Position numbers and translations under genes: made by a program. A stretch of 64,000 nt of DNA from Eledone cirrhosa (taxonomy: Eukaryota), in NCBI GenBank assembly GCA_964016885.1, contig CAXHJY010000083.1:281-64280 (forward strand), read 5' to 3'. Position 1 is the stretch's first letter. Each line of letters starts with the position of its first letter. Below, in pieces: positions 15,446 to 28,121 of this stretch. The notes beneath the pieces were generated by a model. It saw only the letters and a list, made by a program, of their open reading frames with translations. It did not search any database and was not told where the DNA came from.

Positions 15446-18400
15446 CAAACAAACAAATTAACAACACACCAAAACAATTAAAACCATCCACTCTCGCCTC
15501 TACATTTTTGCTTAACGCCCAAGGCATCAGCCCTTCCACCAATACTCAAAAATGGAAGATCAAATTCCTGGAGGACTGGATTGATGTCCATCCAAACCAC
15601 ATCCCTTTCTTCGTCCTCACTGAAACCCATCTCAGTAACCTCCACTTGGAAGCCGAGGTGAAAGTGAAAAATTTCAAAGCCATCCGTGCTGATCGCGCTG
15701 GCAGAAGAAAGGGCGGAACTGCCATTTATGTCCATAATTCTTTCTCAACAGAGGCTATGAACATATTCACTAATGGATACTGTGAAGCAGTCACTGTATT
15801 CAGTCAAACCAACAACCTATTAGTAGTTGGGCTCTATAGGCCACCCCAAACGCCTGTACCATGCTTCAAGGAATGCCTCAACAGCATAAAGTGTTTCATC
15901 CAAGAGTGTCACCCTGACAACATCTTAATGATGGGGGACTTCAACCTCCCCGGAGTTGACTGGTCCACAAACAGCCTGCCACCAGGTTCTTCTGCCTCAA
16001 CCTCTGATAGGGAAGCTGTGGAATCGCTTCTTGACTTCATGGATGATTTCTTCCTATCCCAACTGGTGCTCGAACCAACGAGGTGCCACAAAAACGTCCT
16101 AGACTTAATTTTCAGCAATCACACTGACAATATCCACAATATTGCAGTGGAGAAAACTCTACTCTCTGATCATGACATGGTTCTCTGTGATCTGAGATTC
16201 CACCGTCCAATATACAAACCCAATGTCATCTCTCCTGTCCATCCGTTTGACGCTATGGATTTCCACAATGCAAACTGGGAAGCGATCAGTCATGATCTTG
16301 CACATGTCGACTGGTCCTTCACGCACACTCATACACCCACTAACATCAAAAAGTCCTGGCAGACATTTGTGGACACTGTTACAAACATATGTGCTAAACA
16401 CACCCCATTAAGAACTATAAACAAATCTAAGAGCAGAATCCCTAGAAATAGAAAAACGCTCATCAGAAAAATTAAGAGAACGAACAAAAAAATCAACAAG
16501 CTGAAATACTGTCAGCAGCAACACATCAACTTGACTGCCATTTCATCACTAGAGATTAAAAAACATAACCTCCAAAACAACATAATGTCCCTCATCAACA
16601 ATCAGAGAAGAGCTGAAGAGGCCTGGGCCATTGAGAAGATCAAACTCAATCCCAAAGTGTTCTTTTCATTTGCAAAAAAACACAAAATCACTGGCTCTAC
16701 TGTTGGCCCTCTAATTGATGAAAATGGCACTCTTCAAGACAATGCTAAAACCATGGGTGAGATACTGCAGAAACAATACTGCTCTGTTTTCAGCAATCCT
16801 GATATGGCCGATCTGGGCTGTATCAGCGATGTTACTCCCCATTACACCTTATCGGACATAACGTTTGGCGCCCCTGATGTCTTGGCGGCAATAAAGGAAA
16901 TCAAGCATAATTCAGCAGTAGGTCCCGATAGGTTCCCTGCTTGTGTCTTGAAGGCGTGTCAACACCAACTTGCATCTCCTCTTGCCAATCTGTGGCGGAA
17001 CTCACTGGATGCTGGATATGTGCCAGAAAACCTTCTATCCCAGTCTGTTGTCCCAGTTTTCAAAAAGGGAAACAAATCCCTTGCCGTGAATTACCGTCCA
17101 ATCTCACTCACCTCTCATATCATTAAGGTATTTGAGCGAGTGGTGAGATCGCGAATGACCCACTTCCTTGAGAGTAACAATATGCTGAACTCCAACCAGC
17201 ATGGATTCCGTAATGGAAGGGATTGCCTGACGCAGCTACTGCATCACTTTGATGACATTTTGAGAGCCTTGGGAGAGGGTTCCAACACTGATGTTATCTA
17301 CCTTGATTTCAGCAAGGCCTTTGACAGGGTTGATCATAACATTCTACTGAGAAAGCTGTCCAATATTGGTGTCACTGGAAAGCTGCTGCAGTGGATCAAG
17401 AGCTTCCTGTCAAACAGAACCCAACATGTTGTAGTTGAGGGAGTCAAATCAAGCCCAGCCAAAGTGAGTAGTGGGGTCCCACAAGGCACTGTGTTGGGCC
17501 CACTTCTCTTCATCATCTATATTAATGACATCACTGACATCATCAAACACAGCAACATTAAAATTTTCGCTGATGATTCCAAGCTCCAAAAGGTCATCAA
17601 TGGCGTGGATGACCGGATAAGCCTTCAGTCAGACCTACTGGCTGTTACCCAATGGGCAGAAAAGAACAACATGTTACTGAACGAAGACAAATTCGAACTG
17701 ATCCACTTTGGAAAAGAGGATGCTCTGAAACTCCCGTACTCCCTTCCCTCCGGGGAAGCTCTCGTGGCATCTAACAACATCAGAGACTTGGGAGTAACCG
17801 TGGACAGCAACATAAGCTGGACCACGCATATAAGCAGCAAAGTTGACATGGCCCGCAGAATGTGTTCCTGGATCCTCAGAACCTTCCAGTCGAGAGATTC
17901 CCGCACCATTATCCTTCTCTTCTCTACTTTTGCCCGACCACACCTTGAATACTGTTGTCCACTGTGGTCTCCCCACACGCAACAAAGTATCATGAAACTT
18001 GAAGCTCCTCAAAGGGCAATCACGAAAAAGATAGATGGCATGTCAGACCTTGACTACTGGGGTCGATTAGAAAACCTGAAACTTTACTCACTCCAACGTC
18101 GCCGTGAGCGTTATATTATCTGCATGATGTGGAAAATGTTCCATCATCACTGCCCAAATGATGTTGGCATCGCCTTCAAGATACACCCAAGGCTTGGGCC
18201 CCGTGCTATCCGTCCCATTCAAAAATCTAAATCGCAACTCATAACAACAATACGGCACAATTATTTCACCTCAATCGGCCCTGCTCTCTTCAACATCACA
18301 TCAGGACACGTCAAAACAGAAACTGACCACACAAAATTCAAGAAGTCTTTGGACAAATTCCTCCAAGTAATCCCGGACAAACCACCCACACCCGGATATG

Positions 18401-18489
18401 TCTCCGCAAACAGTAATTCTCTTCTCGAATGGGCCATGGTGCCCAAATCCTTAATTGAAAGACTTCGCCAGGTGGTGCTATTAAGTTAG
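15433..18489 (+). CDS. CR1-type ORF2 (APE endonuclease + reverse transcriptase)
   Basis: 1018 aa open. LNAQG, LTETHL, YRPP, GDFN, SDH; NYRPISLTS, YLDFSKAFD, GVPQGTVLGP, FADD; CR1-like tail RPHLEYC...YSLQRRRERY. No ATG precedes the APE domain. Confidence 0.93.
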   Translation: MLPLTNKQINNTPKQLKPSTLASTFLLNAQGISPSTNTQKWKIKFLEDWIDVHPNHIPFFVLTETHLSNLHLEAEVKVKNFKAIRADRAGRRKGGTAIYVHNSFSTEAMNIFTNGYCEAVTVFSQTNNLLVVGLYRPPQTPVPCFKECLNSIKCFIQECHPDNILMMGDFNLPGVDWSTNSLPPGSSASTSDREAVESLLDFMDDFFLSQLVLEPTRCHKNVLDLIFSNHTDNIHNIAVEKTLLSDHDMVLCDLRFHRPIYKPNVISPVHPFDAMDFHNANWEAISHDLAHVDWSFTHTHTPTNIKKSWQTFVDTVTNICAKHTPLRTINKSKSRIPRNRKTLIRKIKRTNKKINKLKYCQQQHINLTAISSLEIKKHNLQNNIMSLINNQRRAEEAWAIEKIKLNPKVFFSFAKKHKITGSTVGPLIDENGTLQDNAKTMGEILQKQYCSVFSNPDMADLGCISDVTPHYTLSDITFGAPDVLAAIKEIKHNSAVGPDRFPACVLKACQHQLASPLANLWRNSLDAGYVPENLLSQSVVPVFKKGNKSLAVNYRPISLTSHIIKVFERVVRSRMTHFLESNNMLNSNQHGFRNGRDCLTQLLHHFDDILRALGEGSNTDVIYLDFSKAFDRVDHNILLRKLSNIGVTGKLLQWIKSFLSNRTQHVVVEGVKSSPAKVSSGVPQGTVLGPLLFIIYINDITDIIKHSNIKIFADDSKLQKVINGVDDRISLQSDLLAVTQWAEKNNMLLNEDKFELIHFGKEDALKLPYSLPSGEALVASNNIRDLGVTVDSNISWTTHISSKVDMARRMCSWILRTFQSRDSRTIILLFSTFARPHLEYCCPLWSPHTQQSIMKLEAPQRAITKKIDGMSDLDYWGRLENLKLYSLQRRRERYIICMMWKMFHHHCPNDVGIAFKIHPRLGPRAIRPIQKSKSQLITTIRHNYFTSIGPALFNITSGHVKTETDHTKFKKSLDKFLQVIPDKPPTPGYVSANSNSLLEWAMVPKSLIERLRQVVLLS

Positions 18490-18643
18490 ACATGGCCTGG
18501 GCCAATACTGGCCAAAACATTTCAAAGTTATTCAAAGTTCAAAGTTATATATATATATATATACATACATATATATATATGAAATATATGAAATATATGA
18601 AATATGAAATATAAGAATCAAAGAACTGTTCAAAACATTATTG

Positions 18644-18690
18644 TGCTTACAGCTGTTTCCTCCAAACCGAGGTTTGGATTCTTCGGAGCA
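18644..18690 (-). ncRNA. Hammerhead ribozyme variant in the 3' pLTR
   Basis: TGCT CCGAAGA A TCCAAACC-tc-GGTTTGGA G GAAAC AGCT GTA AGCA. U4C core variant with palindromic stem III ACAGCTGT. Confidence 0.7.
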
Positions 18691-20133
18691 ATTTATTAAT
18701 GCATGGACAGTTATATGACCTCCTCATCAGTCGAGAGACATACCAATACATATTCAAACATTGATACATATTCAAACATTGTGGGTCAACATTCATTACA
18801 GAATTTAGAGTGGCAGTACACACTTCGAGATTACATTTATATTAATAGGTACAATCAAAAATCAAAGATATAGGTTAAAGTACAACATGAAGATAAGTGG
18901 TTATATAGTGCAAATGTTATATGTGTGGCACGCATGTGCGTCTTGTTTATATAGTGTGGCAGAGAGATATGTGTGGTAGAGGCACTTAGGTAGGTAAATA
19001 AGAGTGTTAGGTTGGTAGATCTGGTGGCAAAGTCTTTATATGATTGATATAGTCTGTGTGTGGAGAAATATTATAAGCATTAAAGATAGTGCAAGCATTA
19101 AAAGTGTTATAAGTATTGGAGATGCACAGCGCAGGGATGTCAAGTAATTCATGTACTTCGGCATTTTCATGGTCAAGGGAGTGTATATTTCGATTATATG
19201 CCTTTCACATAATCCACGACGATCCAGTTAGAGATCGTAGTCTGGTGTTCTTTAGTTCGATACAGGAGGTTGTTACGTTTCGAGAGACGCCATTGAATAC
19301 CGGAAGTGTGTGTGTGGCTAAGGGGAGTTAATGCATGCGGGGAGGTAACTCTGGGGTTTCTATTTCTAGCCATTAAAATGTGTCCCAATATAGACCCTAA
19401 ATTCTATGGTGAGGTGCACCTTCCAAGAGAGACTTTTAAAGCATAAAGTGTACTAACTATAGAGTAGTTTAACTAAATTATGCTGAAGGTGATCATATTA
19501 TTATTAAGGTGGATTAACCCATCTTAAGGTGCTACAAATGGAAATTATAGATGATGGGCGAGGATTCTAAATTAATGATCTCTGTGGTTGCAGTCTGCTC
19601 ATATGACCAGGCGCGGTGATTGCAGGATTGCTTCAGGACCCAATGATCTCTGGTAAGATCTGGGTCATCGCTTGCTACATTGGATGTCGAAAGATAATCG
19701 TCCCCAGGCAGGCCAAAGGTCGATCCGCAGTCCTCGCGACCCCTCTCTGACCGTCAGATCATCCATATACGTACAACCCGCACGGCAGTTGCATTGCATT
19801 CACTCACTGCGCTCAGCAGCCCGGTCCTACTGGTCAACAGCGCTACTCGATTAAATCATTTTACATCTGTCTAAGGAAGGTGTTTCCTCTGCCCAACACC
19901 ATCCAACCGATCAATTCATGCTCAAATTACCCTTAGAGCGGTGTAGTGCCGTCCAGGTGGGTGGATGTTGTCACACCTGCCGTAGAGGTATAAATGGGTA
20001 TTTTCCCTGCGAAGGGTTCCAGAGGGATGTCGTTGTTTGTGTTATAATGGATCAGCTAGTGTTGGGTATGTAGTATAGGGTGTGTCTCTGGTGTTTGATG
20101 CTAGATGTGGTGTTAGGTTCCAGTCCGACATTG

Positions 20134-22593
20134 CTATATATAGGGCTTAAAGTTTTGGAAGGAATGTCTGAGGCGGTGCTGGCAAGTTGCAAACACCTCA
20201 GATTTTTTGTTAAGTAGGTTACGGTTGGAGAAGATAATATTGTGTGTCTCTAGTATACAGAGGTTACAGAATTTATTAGGTGGTTTGTACGAGGTCGCGC
20301 TGCCTATCACTTCCCATTTGAGTGTGTATGGTTTATTTTTAGATTTTAGATAGTGTATGTAGCTAGAAAGTGAGGTGGAGTTGGCTAGGCTGTGCTTTTT
20401 GAACGAGTGGATGTGCGAGTTATATCTAATTTTGAAGCAGTTAGAAGTGGAGCCTACATAGGTTTCTGAAGAGTTATTAGTCGTGACTGTGCATGAGTAT
20501 ATGACATCCTTGGTTAGGCATTTTTTATCTAAAGGGCAGGTTCTATTAGCTCTACAGTTACAATTATTCTGTGCGTTAGTCCGCTGGTTATAATGCAATG
20601 CGGAAGTCTGTGTGGTGGATATAGGATTTTGGGTGTTCAGGTTGACAACCCTGGTGTTATTACTTATACTAGTGTTATTTCTATTGTTACTGCCGTTGCT
20701 ATTGTTGCTTGCTACAGTGGTATTTAGAGGGTTTGCATCCCGTTGTGATTTTGTTTGTTGGAAGTAAGAACTAATTTTACTATTATTGCTGCTAGCTATG
20801 TGGTATGCTAAGTTAGGCGTCGTAGAGTATGAGATTTTAATGGTGTTTTTGTTTAAGAGGTTGTGGTACTTGTGTCCTAGAGGGAAGTTTTTATCTAGTA
20901 GTGAGAAGAAAGCCCTAGGTATGTTGGTGGAGACATTTAGGTTGAAAGGAGGGTTGAAAAATGTATTATTTCTTCTTCTATTTTTGCTTTTAGTGTTTGG
21001 TGTGTTGCTTCCTCCTAAGGCCTCACAGTAGTTTCCATGGTAATGGTTACTTCCGGTGGCACCCTCCGCTTTGGTGTACTTGTGGTTGCTATTCCTATTA
21101 TTAGATTTCCTCATGGACATGTTGTGCGAGATGATGTTGTAGCTATGTGTTTTCTTAGGTAGGAACTCTATTTCTATATTATGGCCGGAGCTAGCTAATG
21201 CTTGATTGTAATATTGTGAGTTTTTGCTAAATATGTTTGCGTCATAGGACAGACTAGAGATTCTATTGGACACCCCCTTAGAGATAGAGTTTAATATTGA
21301 TCTAGGGTGATTAGACTTGGTATCTACGTAAATAAGTTTCTCATTAGGCTTATGGAAAGGTGTATATATTTTTGAGTCTAGGTATAGTGTGGCGTCTAGG
21401 AAGTTAACATTTTTAGTGTTTTTGTCCATGGTGATACTAAGGTTAAAGTTTTTGAATGTCTTATGCAGTTGTTTTCTAGTTCTTTCTATATTAAATTTTT
21501 TATATTCTATGAGTAGAAGTGCATCATCGCGGTACAAACCACCGTTGAGGTAAGGGAGGTCTTTATGGATTTCATTGAGGAGGTATAGGCCGACCAAATC
21601 AGTGACCTGCGCCGAGTCACTAGATCCCATGGTTATGTCGAAGTTGTTGTGCGTATCCTTGCGTGTCCATAGTTGGTCCTCGAAGGTGATTATGGTTTTA
21701 CGGGCCGCAAGGATGACATCAACCTGGGCTCTAGTCAGGTCGCTATTGGTCATGGCCATGATAAGTGCCTTATTTAATAGGATAGGGGAAATAGAGGTGT
21801 AGTATGAATTGATATCAAATTGAATAAATTTTTTGTTCTTATTATTCTTGATATCCTTAAACCATTCAATTACTTCACCCGTATTTCCCCATTGTTTAAG
21901 GTGTATCTTGTGTTTAATTTGTGGGATGATTTTATCCAAAATCTTCTTGCTGATAATACCAATGTCGGACTTGGAAGGGCAGATAAGTCTTATCGTGGGG
22001 TTGCTGATGAAGTTCTCCTTATGGTCCTTCAGAGAGAATCTAGGGGGGTTCGGAGTGAAAGGTTGTGTATGCCTCTGTAGTCCTAGTTTAGACACTATAT
22101 TATAACCCTCTACATTAATATCTTCTAAGTTTTTCAAGGTGGTTTTTTTGTAGCTTTTATGTAGTTCATTATATATAAACTTTCTATAAGTAATATAATC
22201 TAGGCTGTATATGTTATTAGTTTTATCTGCGTGTACAATAATTTTATTACTAGTTTTGAATCCACTAATAGAAGTGTTAAGTTTGTTTAAGAAGGTGTTG
22301 CTTCTAATATGGTGCTTATTGTATTTAATGTTCTTAACTAGTTTAACTAGGTCATTTTCAAAGGAGTTAAGTAGAGTGTTATGAGGGGGGCTTTTAAAGG
22401 TTTTAAAGCCGAAGGAGTCAAAATTGTTAGTATTATTCAAGTTGTTAGATTTGTTTCTATCATAATGGAATGTCTTCCATCTCACTCTATTGATAAATGA
22501 ATTTACACTGTTGATCAGCAATTTCTCATATGTATTCCTGGATGGTATTGGTATGTTCTTGGCTGACATGGGGAGTTGGTCTTTGATTAGCAT
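20134..22593 (-). CDS. Penelope-like RT + GIY-YIG endonuclease
   Basis: 819 aa open. FDINSYY, MGSSDSAQVTDLVG, LYRDD, NFLD; Cys linker CNCRANRTCPLDKKC; GIY-YIG-like VIY...YVG, R..H, CNLC..E. Confidence 0.93.
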   Translation of the reverse strand: MLIKDQLPMSAKNIPIPSRNTYEKLLINSVNSFINRVRWKTFHYDRNKSNNLNNTNNFDSFGFKTFKSPPHNTLLNSFENDLVKLVKNIKYNKHHIRSNTFLNKLNTSISGFKTSNKIIVHADKTNNIYSLDYITYRKFIYNELHKSYKKTTLKNLEDINVEGYNIVSKLGLQRHTQPFTPNPPRFSLKDHKENFISNPTIRLICPSKSDIGIISKKILDKIIPQIKHKIHLKQWGNTGEVIEWFKDIKNNKNKKFIQFDINSYYTSISPILLNKALIMAMTNSDLTRAQVDVILAARKTIITFEDQLWTRKDTHNNFDITMGSSDSAQVTDLVGLYLLNEIHKDLPYLNGGLYRDDALLLIEYKKFNIERTRKQLHKTFKNFNLSITMDKNTKNVNFLDATLYLDSKIYTPFHKPNEKLIYVDTKSNHPRSILNSISKGVSNRISSLSYDANIFSKNSQYYNQALASSGHNIEIEFLPKKTHSYNIISHNMSMRKSNNRNSNHKYTKAEGATGSNHYHGNYCEALGGSNTPNTKSKNRRRNNTFFNPPFNLNVSTNIPRAFFSLLDKNFPLGHKYHNLLNKNTIKISYSTTPNLAYHIASSNNSKISSYFQQTKSQRDANPLNTTVASNNSNGSNNRNNTSISNNTRVVNLNTQNPISTTQTSALHYNQRTNAQNNCNCRANRTCPLDKKCLTKDVIYSCTVTTNNSSETYVGSTSNCFKIRYNSHIHSFKKHSLANSTSLSSYIHYLKSKNKPYTLKWEVIGSATSYKPPNKFCNLCILETHNIIFSNRNLLNKKSEVFATCQHRLRHSFQNFKPYI

Positions 22594-22842
22594 ATTGGCA
22601 ATATTATATGTCAGCTCAATGATATGGAGCAGTTAATAGTATTAGTTATACTATTTATGGTTATGTAAACACAAAACCTTAAGCAGTTGTAAGTATTTTA
22701 CACACACCCTAAATAGTGGTAGGCAGTAATGTATTACTACCTTATTACCAGTAAGTTAAGTAGCTCAATGTAAAAACATCAGATGATTTACAGAGCAGTT
22801 ATATGAAATATAAGAATCAAAGAACTGTTCAAAACATTATTG

Positions 22843-22889
22843 TGCTTACAGCTGTTTCCTCCAAACCGAGGTTTGGATTCTTCGGAGCA
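22843..22889 (-). ncRNA. Hammerhead ribozyme variant in the 5' pLTR
   Basis: Identical to 18644-18690. Confidence 0.7.
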
Positions 22890-23304
22890 ATTTATTAATG
22901 CATGGACAGTTATATGACCTCCTCATCAGCCGAGAGACATACCAATACATATTCAAACATTGATACATATTCAAACATTGTGGGTCAACATTCATTACAG
23001 AATTTAGAGTGGCAGTACACACTTCGAGATTACATTTATATTAATAGGTACAATCAAAAATCAAAGATATAGGTTAAAGTACAACATGAAGATAAGTGGT
23101 TATATAGTGCAAATGTTATATGTGTGGCACGCATGTGCGTCTTGTTTATATAGTGTGGCAGAGAGATATGTGTGGTAGAGGCACTTAGGTAGGTAAATAA
23201 GAGTGTTAGGTTGGTAGATCTGGTGGCAAAGTCTTTATATGATTGATATAGTCTGTGTGTGGAGAAATATTATAAGCATTAAAGATAGTGCAAGCATTAA
23301 AAGT

Positions 23305-25213
<1,909 letters not shown>

Positions 25214-25822
25214 TGGTGGCTGCCAACTCGTTTTCGAGTACGGCCACTACTTTATATCCATATAGGAGAACCCCTACCGATGCACTGAACGAGTGTGACC
25301 TTTTAGTCCAGCCAGCGACTTGAAAACTCTGGTACAAACACTACACTTGTGACAAATATTGACACATAGTGCTGGGGCCATGGTACCCTGTGACGACAAG
25401 TGCAGAGAGATCTCCAGATATAAAGCAATGCCTGTGCCGTGAAGCTTTTATAGTGAGCAAAGGCACTGCACAAAGCCAGTCCCACTCTCTTAACCAAGAT
25501 GATATTTACCAAAAAGAAGAACAAGTCAACATCATTGGATACCATCAGAGTTGCAGGTGTTATATCAGAGTTTTCCTTCTCCTAGAATTCTGCCTTGACA
25601 AAGGCTAAGGGGTCATCTCTCCCGGTGATTTTGGATGGCCATTGACTCTTAAGAGCTCCTTTGCCCTTTGACAGGTCTTGTTTTTAGTCCTGCAGGATGT
25701 CCAAAGTCACCCTCCTCACCAAGAAACCTTGGTGGGGTTGCCAGTTTAGTCGCCAACGACCCGACCATGGGACAGGTTGTCCTGGGATACATGTTACCAG
25801 TAGCACCAACTGGTGACCTGAC
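25214..25822 (-). mobile_element. Non-autonomous internally deleted RTE derivative (SINE-like), copy 1
   Basis: RTE-like 5' UTR motif CTAGGAGAAGGAAAACTCTGA; a residual C2H2 finger [22 protein letters not shown] (25354-25274); 3' hairpin ACTCG-aaaa-CGAGT followed by GGCAGCCA. Confidence 0.75.
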
Positions 25823-25970
25823 ATATATATACATATATATATATACATACATATATATATATATACATACATATATATATATATATATACATACATATAT
25901 ATATACATACATATATATATATATATATACATACATATATATATATACATACATATATATATATATATAC

Positions 25971-26004
<34 letters not shown>

Positions 26005-26106
26005 ATATACATACATACATATATATATACATACATACATATATATATACATACATACATATATATATACATACATACATATATATATACATACATACAT
26101 ATATAT

Positions 26107-26139
<33 letters not shown>

Positions 26140-26144
26140 TATAT

Positions 26145-26177
<33 letters not shown>

Positions 26178-26340
26178 CATACATACATACATATATATAT
26201 ACATACATACATACATATATATATACATACATACATACATACATATATATATATATATACATACATACATACATACATATATATATACATACATACATAC
26301 ATACATATATATATACATACATACATACATACATATATAT

Positions 26341-26409
<69 letters not shown>

Positions 26410-26440
26410 TATACATACATACATACATACATATATATAT

Positions 26441-26475
<35 letters not shown>

Positions 26476-26476
<1 letters not shown>

Positions 26477-27020
26477 GGTGGCTGCCAACTCGTTTTCGAG
26501 TACGGCCACTACTTTATAACCATGTAGGAGAACCCCTACCGATACGCTGAACGAGTGTGACTTTTTAGTCCAGCCAGCAACTTGAAAACTCTGGTACAAA
26601 CACTACACTTGTGACAATTATTGACACATAGTGCTGGGCCCATGGTACCATGTAATGACAAGTGCAGAGAGATCTCCAGATACAAAGCAATGCCTGTGCC
26701 GTGAAGCTTTTATAGTGAGCAAAGGCACTGCACAAAGCCAGTCCCACTCTCTTAACCAAGATGATATTTACCAAAAAGAAGAACAAGTCAACATCATTGG
26801 ATACCATCAGGGTTGCAGGTGTTATATCAGAGTTTTCCTTCTCCTAGAATTCTGCCTTGACAAAGGCTAAGGGGTCATCTCTCCCGGTGATTTTGGATGG
26901 CCATTGACTCTTAAGAGCTCCTTTGCCCTTTGACAGGTTTTGTTTTTAGTCCTGCAGGATGTCCAAAGTCACCCTCCTCACCAAGAAACCTTAGTGGGGT
27001 TGCCAGTTTAGTCGCCAACG

Positions 27021-27022
<2 letters not shown>
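26476..27022 (-). mobile_element. Non-autonomous RTE derivative, copy 2 (more 5'-truncated)
   Basis: Near-identical to 25214-25760 (offset 1262) and separated from it by a TA/TACA tract. Confidence 0.75.
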
Positions 27023-27051
<29 letters not shown>

Positions 27052-27100
27052 CATACATACATACATACATATATATATATACATACATATATATATATAT

Positions 27101-27133
<33 letters not shown>

Positions 27134-27150
27134 TATACATATATATATAT

Positions 27151-27183
<33 letters not shown>

Positions 27184-27269
27184 TATATACATACATATAT
27201 ATATATATACATACATACATATATATACATACATACATATATATATATATACATACATATATATATATA

Positions 27270-27305
<36 letters not shown>

Positions 27306-27379
27306 TATATATACATACATATATATATATATACATACATACATATATATATATATACATACATACATATATATATATA

Positions 27380-27415
<36 letters not shown>

Positions 27416-27500
27416 TATATACATACATATATATATATATATATACATACATACATACATACATATATATACATACATACATATATATACATACATATAC

Positions 27501-27531
<31 letters not shown>

Positions 27532-27546
27532 CATACATACATATAC

Positions 27547-27577
<31 letters not shown>

Positions 27578-27624
27578 CATACATACATATATATATATAC
27601 ATACATATATATATATATATACAC

Positions 27625-27695
<71 letters not shown>

Positions 27696-27718
27696 CATAC
27701 ATACATATATATATATAT

Positions 27719-27749
<31 letters not shown>

Positions 27750-27770
27750 CATACATATATATATATATAT

Positions 27771-27833
<63 letters not shown>

Positions 27834-27903
27834 CATACATATATATATATATATATACATACATATATATATATATACATACATATATATATATATACAT
27901 ACA

Positions 27904-27953
<50 letters not shown>

Positions 27954-27962
27954 CATATATAC

Positions 27963-27999
<37 letters not shown>

Positions 28000-28007
28000 C
28001 ATACACA

Positions 28008-28111
<104 letters not shown>

Positions 28112-28121
28112 CATACATATA

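Larger units (their letters stand above)
13904..18546 (+). mobile_element. Apparently full-length CR1-clade LINE
   Basis: 5' UTR with a 50 bp duplication (13934-13983/13984-14033), ORF1, an intact APE-RT ORF2, and a short 3' UTR ending in TTCAAAG x3 before (TA)n. Confidence 0.88.
18602..23304 (-). mobile_element. Penelope-like element (Neptune-like) with ~504 bp direct pseudo-LTRs
   Basis: Direct repeats 18602-19105 and 22801-23304 (offset 4199; one mismatch seen) flank an RT + GIY-YIG ORF. Confidence 0.93.

Noticed and set aside
18724-18730. Canonical CTGATGA in the Penelope pLTR as an alternative hammerhead core
   Set aside because: It is followed by a GGAG/CTCC stem and GAAG with no matching stems I and III; the CCGAAGA fold pairs better.
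25735-25822. HDV-like ribozyme at the 5' end of the RTE derivative
   Set aside because: I could not assemble P1/P2/P3 in the required order.
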